From Pseudogymnoascus verrucosus (Eukaryota): a stretch of DNA of 64,000 nt. Within the stretch, counting starts at the first letter, position 1. Every line of letters begins with the position of its first letter. Under the pieces are notes generated by a model. That model did not search any database and was not told the origin of the DNA. It was given only the letters and a program-made list of their open reading frames with translations. The stretch lies in NCBI GenBank assembly GCA_001662655.1, contig KV460206.1; one strand, given 5' to 3'. Made by a program: the position numbers and the translations under genes. Below are positions 1 through 13,100 of the stretch, one piece after another.

Positions 1-978
1 GCCAAGACGGTGTCCCTCAAAAGCGTTGTGACGTCTGACAGGCAGTTGATTCGATACGACTCATTGGTAATTGCTACAGGGTCAACAAGTGTACGTAGAG
101 TCTCACTTACTTCTCCCTCCGGTAGTTGCATACTAACCAAAGAACTTTTACAGGCCAGTCCACTATGGACATTGCACGGTGACCACAAAGTCACCCTTGC
201 TGCATTTCAAGACATCAAAACGAGCCTGCCCTCCGCAAAAACAATCCTGATCGCCGGAGGCGGTCCCTCGGGCGTTGAAACAGCAGGCGAGATAGCCTAT
301 CTATACAGAAACAAAGATATCACACTTCTGTCTGGAGGTATGCGTCTGCTACCAAGGTTTCAGAATGACAAGCCGGGAAAGAAGGCAGAGCAACAGCTGG
401 CATCGCTGAACGTGCGAATATTGCATAATGTTCGCATCACATCGTCAAATACGGCCCATGGGGATGAAGTGTCGGTAGTTTTAAGCGACGGCACTGCCAG
501 AACTGTGGACATGTTTATCGACGCAACGGGCGGCGCGCCAAATACCAGCTTCCTTCCAACAGCGTGGCTCGATGGCAGCAAACGTGTCGCAACGGACATG
601 GGTACTCTTCGCAGCACCAAGGCTCCTGCTGGCGTTTACGCAATCGGCGATGCCGCATCGTATTCTAAAGGAACCGTCCCGGACGCCACTTGGGCAGTTC
701 CCGCTTTAGGGTATTCTATCTGGTCAGATTTACACAGGGCTGCAACGAAAGACGGATCCCTAAAGGAAGATACCGTAGGAATGGCAACGTTGAAGGAGAA
801 GAAATACAAGCAGTTTGAGAAAGATATGGGGATTGTTCCCGTGGGGCCGGAAGGTGGTGTTGGTGTACTCTTTGGGTGGAGTGTTCCGAGCTTTTTGGTT
901 TGGCTGTTAAAGGCGAGGACTTTCACGTTAGACAAAGCAGCGGGATTAGCTAATGGGTCGGACTTTTTGAAGCCTTAA
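1..978 (+). CDS. AIF/AMID-like FAD-dependent pyridine nucleotide-disulfide oxidoreductase, 5'-truncated by window edge
   Basis: YDSLVIATGS, ILIAGGGPSGVETAGEI (NAD-binding Rossmann motif), VYAIGD; in-frame 63-nt intron 91..153 (GTACGT, TACTAAC, CAG); stop at 978. Confidence 0.85.
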   Translation, partial: AKTVSLKSVVTSDRQLIRYDSLVIATGSTSVRRVSLTSPSGSCILTKELLQASPLWTLHGDHKVTLAAFQDIKTSLPSAKTILIAGGGPSGVETAGEIAYLYRNKDITLLSGGMRLLPRFQNDKPGKKAEQQLASLNVRILHNVRITSSNTAHGDEVSVVLSDGTARTVDMFIDATGGAPNTSFLPTAWLDGSKRVATDMGTLRSTKAPAGVYAIGDAASYSKGTVPDATWAVPALGYSIWSDLHRAATKDGSLKEDTVGMATLKEKKYKQFEKDMGIVPVGPEGGVGVLFGWSVPSFLVWLLKARTFTLDKAAGLANGSDFLKP

Positions 979-1749
979 TAGAACTTAGAAGCTTAAAGAA
1001 TTGATACGAAATAAAGGTGACCAGGGTGCGCATTAACATTTTTGTGACCGCTTTCTACGTATGGGTTATTTTAGACCACTGCCTACCCCATTAAGTTTTT
1101 TTATGTTCTACCAAGGTGATCTTGATATGCTACCATCTATACTGGGCTGTTCTTTAGGTAATAGTGCAGCCCGACTTCGTCTTCGGGTTCTCTCAGCGGG
1201 CCTTTACAAGCAGCCAGGTTGCAAGTATTCTCAATTTAGTCGACAAAGCAATTACAATCGGAAAGGAAGAGTTTCGAGCGCCAGGGTATTTTCCTGTCAC
1301 CACAGAGCTGTTGCTGTCGTTTGTTTCCCACAGTTGGTCTCCAATATGGTGGAGAGTTCTTGTCACCGCAAGCCTGTTCTGTTTCTTGAAAGGAGACCCT
1401 TCCGACAACCCAACGCTCCTTCTCCTCGCCCTAGCATTATTATCACCCTGACATTGTCCTCATCAGTCTTATCCTCCTCTGTCTTCCTCTTTGCCCTCGA
1501 ATAATCCCTCGTTCGGCTCGTAACAAATGGGATCTGCGCACTCTCTGCGCTGTCATTTGGCCCTTCACATATGAGCAGGTCGCACGGTACTCACCACATC
1601 CAGAAGACCTGTGAACTACAAAGTTTTATGCCCATTGCCATTGTTTCTTCAATACCAGAATATAAATCTTGGAGCTTGGAGTATAGGTCTTAAACTTCTG
1701 AATAAGGAATCTGATGCTTGAGGTCTATGAGACATGCGCATTCGATACG

Positions 1750-2065
1750 GGAAAGAACGACTGGCCAAGGTAAACGGGAAGGAGCGATCAAGGTAAACAG
1801 GAAGGAGCGATGAAGGCAAATAGGAAGGAGCGAGAGAGAGGAAGCAGGAAAGAGCGAGGTAAGAGACGAGGAAAGAGCGACCCATGGAAAGAGAGTGGGA
1901 AGGAAGGAGCAATGGGGCCCGTTGGGATTCGGGAAGGAGCGATCAAAATAAACAGGAAAGAGCAATCGGGGGAGATAGGAAAGAGCGAGGTAAAAGAAAA
2001 GGAAAGCGCGACCCACAGAAAGATTAGGAGGGAAGAAACGAGCCATGGAATCAGGGAAGGCGCGA
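1750..2065. repeat. Degenerate ~23-bp periodic array with core GGAARGAGCGA
   Basis: Core copies at about 1750, 1777, 1800, 1823, 1847, 1870, 1902, 1932, 1955, 1978, 2001, 2031, 2055. Confidence 0.75.
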
Positions 2066-2824
2066 CTGAAGTAGTGGCAGCCAGAATAATTATGCGGCTG
2101 GTGGGATTTGGCGCTTCCCTCCCTTTTGCCTCACTTGCGTGCTCGAAAATGGAGCGACTCAACCAACATATATATATAGCTGCGGGAGTGGAATACGCAG
2201 AAGCCAAGACATTTCTCTAGCCCCCTCACTGCGTATTGATGATGTGCTGTAATAAAGGAGTGTTGTATTTTTTGGAAAGTATGTGTGTTTTGGAATTGCT
2301 CGGGGGCATTGCACATTTTGGAATGATATGACAGGATAGGGGTTGGTGGTGGAAAGGCTGCGGTGATGGCAATGCCGCGGTGGTAGGTGGTGCTGTGACA
2401 GCGAGAGGGGGTGGTGGTACGGCTCCGGTGACAGTAAGTAGTGTAATTAAAGCCTGCCTCGGTGAGCTTCACATTCGTTGACTTCTCCTGACCTGTTCTA
2501 GAATGTGGCCGCTGCATCGACACGCTCCTTACGGAACTCCAGCTTGTCTGGAGTGTATAGTACCTACCTTATGCGCATAACATGAGTGTACAATATCGAT
2601 ACTTATAAATATAGCACGGATTGAATGGTCTAAATGGAGTTTGAGATCGCCGTCTCCAAGCCTCGCGGTGATCCCAGAACAGGAGGTTGATGGCAAGGCT
2701 TTTCACGATATTTAGATTGTCTTCCCATGTAAAACCACGCCCATTGGGACTAAAAACGAATAACATTACAAGAACATCTTGAATTCATCTTAATCTATTC
2801 AGCCTACACTACACACCCCGCAAT

Positions 2825-3873
2825 TTACAACTTACTCCCAGCCTTCCCATCAACAATCCTCACCAGCGCGCGTCCATTACTCAAACACACCTTCCCCCCC
2901 TCAACCTGCGTCACGAACCTAATCTCCTCAAACCCCCCCTTCACCTCCCCCGTCCTCCACGCCTTCGTCACAAGCTTATTCCCCGGCAAAACCGGGCTCG
3001 CAAACCTCGCCTGAAACTCCCTCAGATTCTCCGGCTGGCTCCCCCCAAACCTCCTCAGAATATCTCTCGCCGTGAAATTCCAGCTCGAAAGCCCGTGCAT
3101 GATAGCGCCGCCGAAACCCATTGCCTTTCCTGGCTCGGGGGTCGCGTGGAGGGGGTTATAGTCTCCGTTAAGACGGTAGAGGTGTGCGGATTCGGCGGTG
3201 GTTTGGTGCTCGAGGATTGCGTCTGGTGCGCGGTCTGGGGGTGGGAAGTTGACAGTCGCTGGGCCCTTGGGGCCGCCCCAGTTGCCTTGTCCGACGTAGA
3301 ATCCCGACCCAACAGCTGTCGTATACACCTCTCCCGTCCCCGCATCCACGAGATCCTGCTGCGTCTCGACGACAGTCCCAGCCTTCCCCTTGTCGTACAC
3401 GCCCAGGACCTTGGCGCGGATCTCGAATTTCTTGCCTGCCGAGGTAGGCGGGAGGGGCTTGAGGAAGGTCATGGAGCGCTGGCCGTCCAGGACGCGGCGG
3501 GCGTCCATTTTGGGGATGCCGGGGATGGGGGTTTGCGCTTGGGAGGCGTAGAAGTCGATTACCTCTTGGGTGGTGTTTTTGAATGCTGTGTGGGGTATTA
3601 GTTGGAGTTGGGTGGATGAGGGGGGTGGGGAGGAAGGGGAGGCTTACGGAGGAGGATTGGGTAGGTTGGGAAGACGGCGAATTTGGGGTGGAGTTCCTGG
3701 GGAGGCGTTAGTGATGTGGGATTGGAATTGGGAGAGGGAGAACGTACGTAGAGAAACTGCAGCTCATCGACTGTGCAGCCGATGCTGGTTGCGAAGAGGA
3801 GGACGTCGCGCTTAAGCCATGACACCTCGACGGCGGGGTACTCGAAGCCAGCTCCGGGGTTTGCGTTGCTCAT
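2825..3873 (-). CDS. MaoC-like (hot-dog fold) peroxisomal dehydratase / enoyl-CoA hydratase 2
   Basis: MSNANPGAGFEY..KRDVLLFA N-terminus; hydratase-2 motif YRLNGDYNPLH..IMHGL; FQARFASPVLPG; C-terminal SKL (PTS1); two introns (3697..3747 and one at about 3586..3647). Confidence 0.9.
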
Positions 3874-4370
3874 GATGGCGGCGTTATATAAGAAAGATTC
3901 GTTAAATGGGTAGTAGGTAGTAATGTGCAATTGGAAATTGAAAGAAGTTCGGGGGAGCTGGGGAGCTATATACGTTATATAAATAAGCCCATATAAATGG
4001 GGCTGCTGTGGATGAGGAGGGGGAGTTACCCCATCTGGGGTAATCGGCTACGTACGATGGGGGCAATGCCGAGGTCTATGAGTTGGGGTTTGTGTAGCCG
4101 AGTTCATGGGTGAGCTAACACCATTACAAGTGGTACACAATCCGAAAATGGGCTATATGTAGCCTTGTCTTAAACATAGTTAGCGTCCTTTTTTTCTCCA
4201 GTACGACTAGTATCATATTCTCTAGAGTATACAAATGAGAAAGATATAAGCACATTAGGCAGTTAATTCATTTAGTCATACGTTCGAAATACAGTCATGT
4301 TGAATGCTATTAATAGACTAGGCATGTTGAGATGGTAGACATAAGCTAAAAAAGTACGTCGAATCAAAAC

Positions 4371-7300
4371 TCAAATTAACTCGTGAAATTTCGCCCACTT
4401 CAATTGCATGCCAATAGCAATTACCGGCAAGACACTTACTATCTCACCAAGGCCAGCGAATTCCGGCGGGATGCGAGCGTTAGGAAACGCCCCAGCAGCG
4501 AGCAAAACCGCAAAAGTATTGTAGATAAACGACCACGCGAAGTTGAAGACAACGCGGCGAAAGAACGCCCCCGAGAGGTCCATAAGAGTGATAATGCCGA
4601 CAAGGGTGGGTCTAACGAGGATAGCGTCCGCGGCGCCTTGAGCAATGTCTGTTCCGCCGTTGATATGCATACCGATGCTTGCCTGAGCTAGGGCGACGGC
4701 ATCGTTCGTGCCATCGCCGCAGAACATTACAACACTCTTTGGAGAGGCAAGCATTTCCTTGACGTAGACCTGCTTATCCGCGGGGCTGCATCTGAAGCGG
4801 ATCTGGCTTTCCGGCACGTCGAGGGCCATAGCGATAGACCTAACAGACTCCTCGTTATCGCCACTAACGACTGAGACTTTGACTGATCGTTTCTTCAGCT
4901 CATTGACGACTAGAAGAGCATCTGGGCGAAGGAGATCCTTGAGACCAAAGATTGCAACGAGCTCTCCGTTTACCAAGACACAAAACATACTAACGCCGAG
5001 TAGGAGAGTTTCTTTGATGGCTGGTAAGTCTTCGATGCCTAGCCAGTACGGATTGCCGGCACGAATGATACTTCCGTTCCAAGTTGCTTCTATGCCACTC
5101 CCGGCAATAGAGACAACACCCTCGACCTTCCCAGACTGGACTCCAGAAGTCTTTAGGTGAGTCGCGATAGCGGTTGACACAGGATGCTTGCTGTTGTTCG
5201 TCAGGGCAAGAAGCATTGGACCTAGTATGTCGCCCTGCCTAGTCGGGTATATCTCAGCCTCGACTGTAAGTAAGCCCTGTGTGAGTGTACCTGTCTTGTC
5301 AAAGATGACATGGGAAAGGTTCCGGGCTATCTCAATCGTCTCTGCGGTTTTGAAGATCAAGCCATGCTTAGCCGCGACACCTCCTGCGACCACAAGCACC
5401 ATTGGAACCGCGAGGCCGATTGCGCAAGGACAAGAAACGATGAGAGCCGAGATTGCGTATGTCATGGCATTAATGCAGGCGGTAGTGGCATCATAACCAC
5501 GAACGACCTTGCCAACAGCAACCCAGACTACAAATACCAGAACGGTAACAATGAGAATGGCAGGGATGAAGTAGGCCGCTACATGGTCGGCGATTTCCTG
5601 GATCTTAGTTTTCGATGATTTCGCCTCGTCTACCATTAGCCCGATGGCTTTGATGGTGTTTTCGCCAGGGAGACGTGTAAGCCGAATTGTCAGGGTGCCA
5701 GAGTGGTTGATCGAGCCGGCAACGACCGGAGAGCCGGGTTTTTTAACAACCAGTGTGGCCTCGCCTGTGATCATAGATTCGTCGACTTCTGATGTACCAG
5801 CGATGACGGTGCCATCAGTAACGATTGACGTATCAAGTAAGGCCTTGAAGATGTCTTGATACTGAAGGAGACGTGCGTCGATTTCTTGCTCTTCGTGAGT
5901 CTTGGGATCTATAAGGATTGCAGTCGATGACTGGAGTGACTCAATAGATATTGACTCTACTGCTCGCTGACGTGCAAAGCCACTAACAAGACGTCCAACC
6001 ATGATGAGGGTGACAAGCAGAGTGCTCGTCTCGAAGAAGCTTCCTGTCGATAGGGGCTTCTTAGAGACGAGAAAGGCATATGCGATGATTGAGTAGATGT
6101 AGGCTGTAGTAGTGCTTAAGACGACGAGTAGGTCCATTTCGATCAAGCGCGAGAAGACCAAGGCATTAAAAGCACCAATATACCAGGGCCCTGCAATGTA
6201 AACCTGAACAATAGTAGCGAGAACCAACGAGACTGCTCCGTAAATGACCTCGTGCTGCGGAATGGGAGCCCAAGCCATAACAAGAACAGGGATAGTTAAC
6301 ACCGCTGATACAATCGTTTTAAAGAGCATTAGGCGGACATGAGCTCTGCCAGAAGCGATCAGAGGACGATCTGCGACTGGCGCGAGCTTTGCCGACTGAA
6401 AGAATGGATCTGACATCAGGTCCCTGGCACCAACGATGTTAGGCTGGTAGGTTACGCGGATATGGTGTGTGTCGAGGACGACAATGTCGGAAACTCCAGA
6501 AGGCAGGTCTTTCGTAGCAAAGTCTGATGCGAGGCCGTCTACGATTAAATCAAGCACGTGTCCAGACTGTGTCATCTTTGTGCAGGTGAAGCCAGTCATC
6601 TTCTCAATGGCCTTGATGGTGCTTGGAGTGTCCATGGCAGCGGAGGACAGTCTGAGGTCGAACTCTGCTTGGGCTAAGAGGAGACTGGTCTTGACGTTCG
6701 AGATTTCGGGGATCGTATCTAGCGATCTGTAGAGGAGCTTCTCACACCCAGTGCAAGTCATACCTTGAACACTTAGCAACACATGCTCAACGGGCAACTC
6801 ACCCTTTTCTAGGTCGGAATCATTAGTTCCGGGTCGAGTGTAACTGATCCCCTTACCGCCTGCTACTCTTCCTGGTGTGTCGCTAGTGCAGCAGCTGTCT
6901 AATATAGCATCTACATTTCCGCTACCATTAGCACAACCACTGACCACTGGTTTGCAAGAGACTTCAGTGATAGTTTGTCTAGCAGTAGGTGCTGAAGGTT
7001 TATCAGAACAGCACTCCTTCTTAGAGCAATCTTCGAGCTTCGGTGGAAGGGTAGCAAAGTCTAGGTTACTAGAGCTGGAGCTGTCGATGCGTTTCTCACG
7101 ACTGCAACAGCCATCTTTGAGGTCATCATCACGAGCCACCGTATAAGCGGTCCCAGTGCCACAGCCCGTCTTGTAGCCACCGTTAATTTCGACACCTGAA
7201 GTTCTAGCATACTGGTCGATGCTAGTTCTCAAAGGCTCACCGCCACAACAGCCATTCCCACCAGCATCAGCGCATTTCGCCCCCAGCATTGCGCTTTGCT

Positions 7301-8049
7301 TTGAGTGGGTTGAAGACGCATCGCCACAACAGCCATTCTCACCAGAATCAGCGCATTTCGCGCCCAGCATCTCACTCTGCTTCGAGCAGGTCGAAGACGC
7401 ATCGCCACAACAACCATTCTCACCAGCATCCGTGCATTTCCCCCCCAGCAAGGCGCTCTGCTTCGACTGGGTCGAAGACGCATCAGAGCAGCAGGCCTTC
7501 TTGCTACAACCAGTGCCCTCCTGCGGCTTGCAGAGCGAACGGGCGCTCGAAGCCCTACTCACCTCCGCCAAGAAGCCTTCGCTCGTCGACACGGTCGAGC
7601 GCTTCGGGCGGAGAGGCGGGGTCGGCAGGGCGACGCAGCACGCATCAAGGTTCAAGGAGAGCAGTACCTTGCAGATACAGCCGATGTTTTCTAGTATCCC
7701 GCTATACGCCGCTTTGGCCTTGAGGTAGTGGCTTTCGCATGGTTCCTCGTCGGATCGAGACGGGATGGACGAGCCGCCATGAACAGCGCTGGGGGTTCTC
7801 GCGTTGTTTTGCTGCTGCCGGTGGTTTGGGTCGCTGTTGCAGTCTTGACGGGCGATTTTGACAATGCAGGTGTCTGCTGGAGTTAGTTGGGGGGTTTTGG
7901 GGGAAATCAGAGGGAGGCGGCTGGGTTGGTTCACCGTCGCAACATTTGATCCCTGGTTGAGGGGAAGCGCAGGATACGCGAGTGCAGGTCCTCTGGCGCA
8001 TGCCGGAGGACGCTGGCGCGGTTACTTTCGGGTTTATAGAAGTTGACAT
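4371..8049 (-). CDS. P1B-type heavy-metal-transporting ATPase (Pca1-like, Cys-rich N-terminus)
   Basis: HMA motif GMTCTGC, ITGEA, transmembrane SCPC, DKTGT phosphorylation site, SKHP, GDGTND; exon 1 8049..7935, intron ends at a tandem CAGCAG acceptor (7877 or 7874). Confidence 0.95.
7245..7493 (-). repeat. Three tandem 81-bp (27-aa) coding repeats, CCxDASSTxSKQSxxLGxKCxDxGxNG
   Basis: GAAGACGC anchor recurs at 7312, 7393 and 7474 (exact 81-nt spacing). Confidence 0.95.
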
Positions 8050-8909
8050 GATGATTGATAAGTCTGGTGGTAGATCAGGGTAGTTGGGTAAAAAAACGCG
8101 TTTGTAAGATCTACATGAGGTTCTGGTGTCGTTACCTCTGCACTTTGTTTATGGAGTCGAGGTTGACGAGAGAATATATCTGCCTAAGGCACAACGAGAC
8201 ACCACGAGGCTGTGCCTACGAAAGCCTATAATTCCTAGCATAGACTAGACTAGAATATCCCATGGTACAGGCCCGTCTCCTAGTTATATACTTTCATCTG
8301 TATCTACGCAATAACTCTTCAAAATGCAGTTGTTGTTAGAAGATTGGAGGTCTGAAGTTCGGAATCTATTTATAGTGGGGCTAACCAAGGCTCTACTAGA
8401 GCGGGGGGTGTAGCCTTGTTGGAATAGCCTCGGATCAGCCTCGTCGTCGGTTGCGCTACAAGGTTACCATATAACGCTGACATATTACGCCGAGGATACA
8501 AACAACACTTCATAATTATAAGAGCGAGAGTTATTTGAACGAGATTTCTATATTCCACTCTCTCAGCCGGCCACCAGCCTTTCAATATCTACCCCATCCC
8601 CCAAATCATTTCATCATCGTCATTACTCCCACCCACCCGTTCTCCCGTTCTCCTAAAAAGAAACCCAGACCCTCCACCAAAACGCCACCATCCCAAAAAG
8701 CCACACAGCAGCCATAGCAACCAATCTACCCTAACGCCCATCCCAAAAACGACGAATTCCATGCCGCCTCCCATCCTCACCGCGCGCCGCCCTCCCGAAC
8801 CCCAAAAAGATAAGAAAACAGCTGAGCTGAGTGATCGATAGTATATTCATACACCCCCCTTCCCCCCTTTCCCTCCCTCCTCCACTCCAGACAAGATCAT
8901 CCTTCATTG

Positions 8910-10195
8910 TCAATACCCCCCCGCCCCAAACCCACACTCCAAAAGATTCGGTCTTATCGTGCCATCCCCCCCCATAGCACCCATCCCCACCATCCCCGAC
9001 CCAGGGCCTGCGTACATCCCACTCCGCATCAGGGCTCGCATCTGCTCCTCCATCGCTGCGGGCCCGGTCCATTGCGGCAGTTGTTGTTGTTCCCTGAAAT
9101 CGAGACCAGCTTGTTGTTGTTGCTGTTGTTGTTGCTGCTGCTGCTGTTGTTGTTGGAGGATCTGCATCTGGCGCGCCTGTTGGGCTCGGAGGGCTGCTTG
9201 TTGTTGTTGCTGTTGTTGCGGCGTCAACTGCAATTGTGTTGGTAATTGCATCTGTCCCCCCGCCACCGCAGCAGTGGGGAGAGCGGGCGATGATGAGGAT
9301 GCGGGGATGAACTCCTCATACCCCCCCTGTTGGAGGCTCTGCAGCCCATCCATCCCAAAGCCCCCCGGTCCATCAGAGAAAGGCGACATGTCGCCGTATC
9401 CCGTTCCGTCAACGTCGGGGAAATCATCCTCCATCTCAAACCCCGGATCAAAATCCTCACAGAACGAATCATCCCCGAACTGACTCTCCGGCCCCGTCAC
9501 CGCGCTCAGGACGCCCATCTCCCCGGAGCTAGCGCGCTCTTCACTCTCCAACCTCCTCTGCAGCGCCGCGAACTCCGCCGCATCAGCCGGGAACTCGATG
9601 GCGCCGCCGCTGGTGGAACTCGACGGATCAGCTCTAATACACCCGAGCTTGGCGGCGATGTCGTGGATGACGGGTTGCCCGCGTGCGTTGACGACGGGGG
9701 GGTCGAGGGTCCATTGTTCGCCTGCGAGGACCATGGCGTAGAGCTTGTGGACTGTGGCGATGAGGGCGTACTGGGTGTTTTCGAGGACCTCTGCGTAGCC
9801 GCGGGGGAGCTGTTTGAATTCCGCCTTCTTCCTGTGGCCGGCTGTGCAGACGAGGCCGTCGTCGCGGCAGCGTTTGCAGGGGGATTCGCCGTCGCACTGT
9901 GGGGAAAATACAAGTTAGCATGGATTCTCTCTTTAATTGGTTTTTGGGGGGAATGAACAAAACTAACCTTCGTCTTCTTCATCCTACACCTCTCGCATGC
10001 CTTCCATACACGCTTATGCCTCCCATCTCCCATCTCCGGACTGCGACTCCCACTCGGCGCCGCAGCGGCAGTCACCCTCTTCGCCCCCCTCGGTCCAGGC
10101 TTGGAGCTCTTCGTCCGCTTAGCCGCTTTCTTATGCGTGACATCGTTATCCGTCGACGGCGGCGAGGGGAGTGATGGTGGGTGTGGTGGTGGCAT
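8910..10195 (-). CDS. Zn(II)2Cys6 transcription factor (Fcr1/VAD-5-like short type) with poly-Gln C-terminal region
   Basis: Splicing intron 9897..9967 gives KRVWKACERCRMKKTKCDGESPCKRCRDDGLVC, then KQLPRGYAEVLENTQYALIATVHKLY; poly-Q tracts at about 9110..9220. Confidence 0.9.
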
Positions 10196-13100
10196 TTTTG
10201 CTTATGCTTATGCGTATGTTTGTGTGATTTAAATCGATTGTGGGACGTGGGTTGTGACCAGGTCGTTGTTGTGGTTTATATGGGTGGAATGTGAGAATAG
10301 TGGTTATTCTCGTCTGTTTCCCCCTCGGAATTCCCGTAATGGGGTGGTGTTGGTCCGGCCACGACTGTTGATGTGTAGGACTTGTCCTGGTTGGGTGTTC
10401 GTGGGGGCGGTATGGTGTTCGGAGTTATCAGCGTTGTGTGATTTGTTTTCTCCAATATCTTGAATGTCCAAACTTGTTGTCCAATATGTGTTTTGTCCCG
10501 TCTCCGTTTTGGTGGCGTTTCGAATTATTATAACCTTCCTGCCGTACAATAATATATGCCCCTTCTCAGTTCGAAGCTCCTTTTCTTAAACCGTAATATA
10601 TGCAAAGCCGCGTAAATACCTCCTTTCCTCAAAAAAATAATATCCTTCCTTCAAAAAGATAAATCCAAATATCCAAAACTTCCAAAAGGTATTAGAAAGT
10701 ATTAAGACCCCTCAGAGTGGTGGGGGTATGACTGCTATATAAAAAAAGCCAGCCACAAGAATCCAAAGGTCCAGTATTATTATCGATGAGTAAGGTACCT
10801 CGTACCTCCGGACCACACCTTGTATAAAAAAGTATGTACCGCCGGATGTACCCTCTCGAGCGAGCCGGGGGTCGGGGGGGGGATGATAAATCAGTACGCC
10901 GCGCCGAAAGTGTAGTGGTGGTTAGGTTAGTGTCGTTCCAGGGAGAAGAATAACAGCGGGTCGGCGAGCGGTAGGGAAAACGTGGGTTTGGAGGGGCGGT
11001 CGGTCGGTCGGTCGGTGGTGGAGTTTAGGTGCGGTTTGGTGTGGATTTATAAGCGGGATGTTGATGTGGTGGTGGGTGGGTGGACGGCACGCTTGGTGCC
11101 AGGGTTTTGTGTGTATTGGGAGTTGTGAGTTGTTTGTGCTGTATTTTTTTTGAATAGAGGGATTTTGGCGCGATTGAGGGAGAAGGGATTGAGTGGGGTG
11201 GTAGTGTGGTGTAGTGGTGGTGGTAGTAGGTGAGATTGATGGGACGGCGGTGATCAGGTGGCTGGATGAGAGAATGCAGGATTGACGGCGGTGGTGGAGT
11301 TATGATATGATATGCGCCGAGAGCGACGATGTCCGTGGGGGATGTGAGGTTAAGTCCGAGTCCGATGTGAGTGTGAGTGGGTATAGTATGGTTATGTTGT
11401 TATGTAGGCAGGTAGGGGTGTGTGCGTGCGTGCGTATGTAGAGTATGTAGAGTCAACTAGAGGGTTATAGTATGTATATGCGTATGTAAGGATTATTGCC
11501 AAAGAAGGGCACCGGTCCGGTATAGTACTGTATTGGGAAAGATGCGAGGGAAGGGGAAGGAAGAAGAAGGGAAGGAATTAGGGAAAAGTAGGAACGGGTA
11601 TAAGGGTGATGATGGGTGTCAGGAGGGGGGTATGATGGAAGAAGGTATGGTATGGTATGGTATATGCAGGGCTATTTGGGGATTGTTTTATGGGTATTAT
11701 TGAGTGTATTTGGGGGAGTTATTGGAAGAGGTATACGTAAGGAGGAGGGCTATGTAAGCCTTAATAAGAGAGGGAAGGGAGAGAGTGACTTTCGGCGAGT
11801 AGATGACGGGAAGGGGAAGTACTTGTGAGAGTGAGTGAGATTGATGTTTTGGTTCTGTATGGGTGGTGGCTGGTGGCTGGTGGATGATGGCTCTGTGTGG
11901 TTGGAGAGAGCGAGAGGGATGATGATGAGATGGGGATTAGCATCCCGGCGACCAATTGTCCATTCCGTCTTGTTGTCTGGTTTTCTCTCTCGCACGCCGC
12001 TGACACGGAATTGGAGAAGACGGGGATAGGATAGGGCAGAGGAGAGGATGGTACAGGATAGAGGAGAGGATAGTACAGAACAGAACAGGGCGTAATGAGG
12101 ATAGTACAGACAGCAGACAAGCACAATCACAATGTAAGATAGTACAGGGCTGGGTGTGTGGTGTCTGTGGGAGAGACAGAGAGGTGTACATGGAGTATAG
12201 TAGTAGAGTAGAGTAGAGAGTACAACTGGGGAGTATAGTGTAATTGTACAAAACACACATAAACACATAAAACCCCCTCCCCTACCCGTCCACCGAGAAA
12301 GGTATTATGAGTCGCAAGAGTGATGTGAGCAGTATGAGTTGATATGAACAGTCCGCAGCCAAAAACCCAAGATCTCACCCAAGAAGCAACCCCCAAAACA
12401 AAATGGTGGGAACGACGAGGTAGTCGGAGATTCCATCTCTCCATCCTTTGATCGATAATTGGAGAAAAGAAAAGAGAGAGTACTGTAATCCAATGCCTAG
12501 CTCCCCCTAGTCCCCTTAGTGCTCTTAGCTTCCCTCCTCATGGGGCGGCCGGCGGGTCGGACTCTCGATGACAACCGATCTCCGGGATTGATTTGACTAT
12601 TAGTTGGTGGTTCTTGGGCGGTCTTGGCGTGGATCTCGGGATTAGGGAAAGTCCGAGTGGCTTTAATGCTATGCTACAGTACTCGATAATACCGTAATCG
12701 TGTACTTTTTTTTCTACCAAGATTGTCCATGGCACTGGGCGCTAAAGAGGACATGGGGGGGGATTGGGATCTTGGTACCTTGGCTGGGTTTGGATGGGAG
12801 GGTATTTGGTACTTGGTGGATGATGGATTACTGGAGTTAAGCTCGAGGGACAGAGAGGGAGGGGGAGAGGGAGAGAGAGCAAGAGGTGTCGATGTTTGTG
12901 CGTATGCTTATAGTGTGTGTGTGTTTCTGTGTGCATGTATATCTTGTGGTATATGTGTGCTTCTGCATGTTTCTCTGTGGTGTCTGTTGTACTCTGTGCT
13001 GTGCGATGAAGACCTGTCAGTCTGCAGTGTTTCATGGGCGTGTGACGTACACCGTACAGTATAATAAGTAGTAGAGTAGTAGAGTATCCCATACAATATC

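Noticed and set aside
1750..2065. CRISPR-like repeat-spacer array
   Set aside because: Eukaryotic context, repeat only 11 bp and degenerate, spacers about 12 bp and related to each other, no cas genes
8959..9483. Poly-Cys and poly-Leu ORFs
   Set aside because: Antisense or alternative frames of the transcription factor poly-Gln tract
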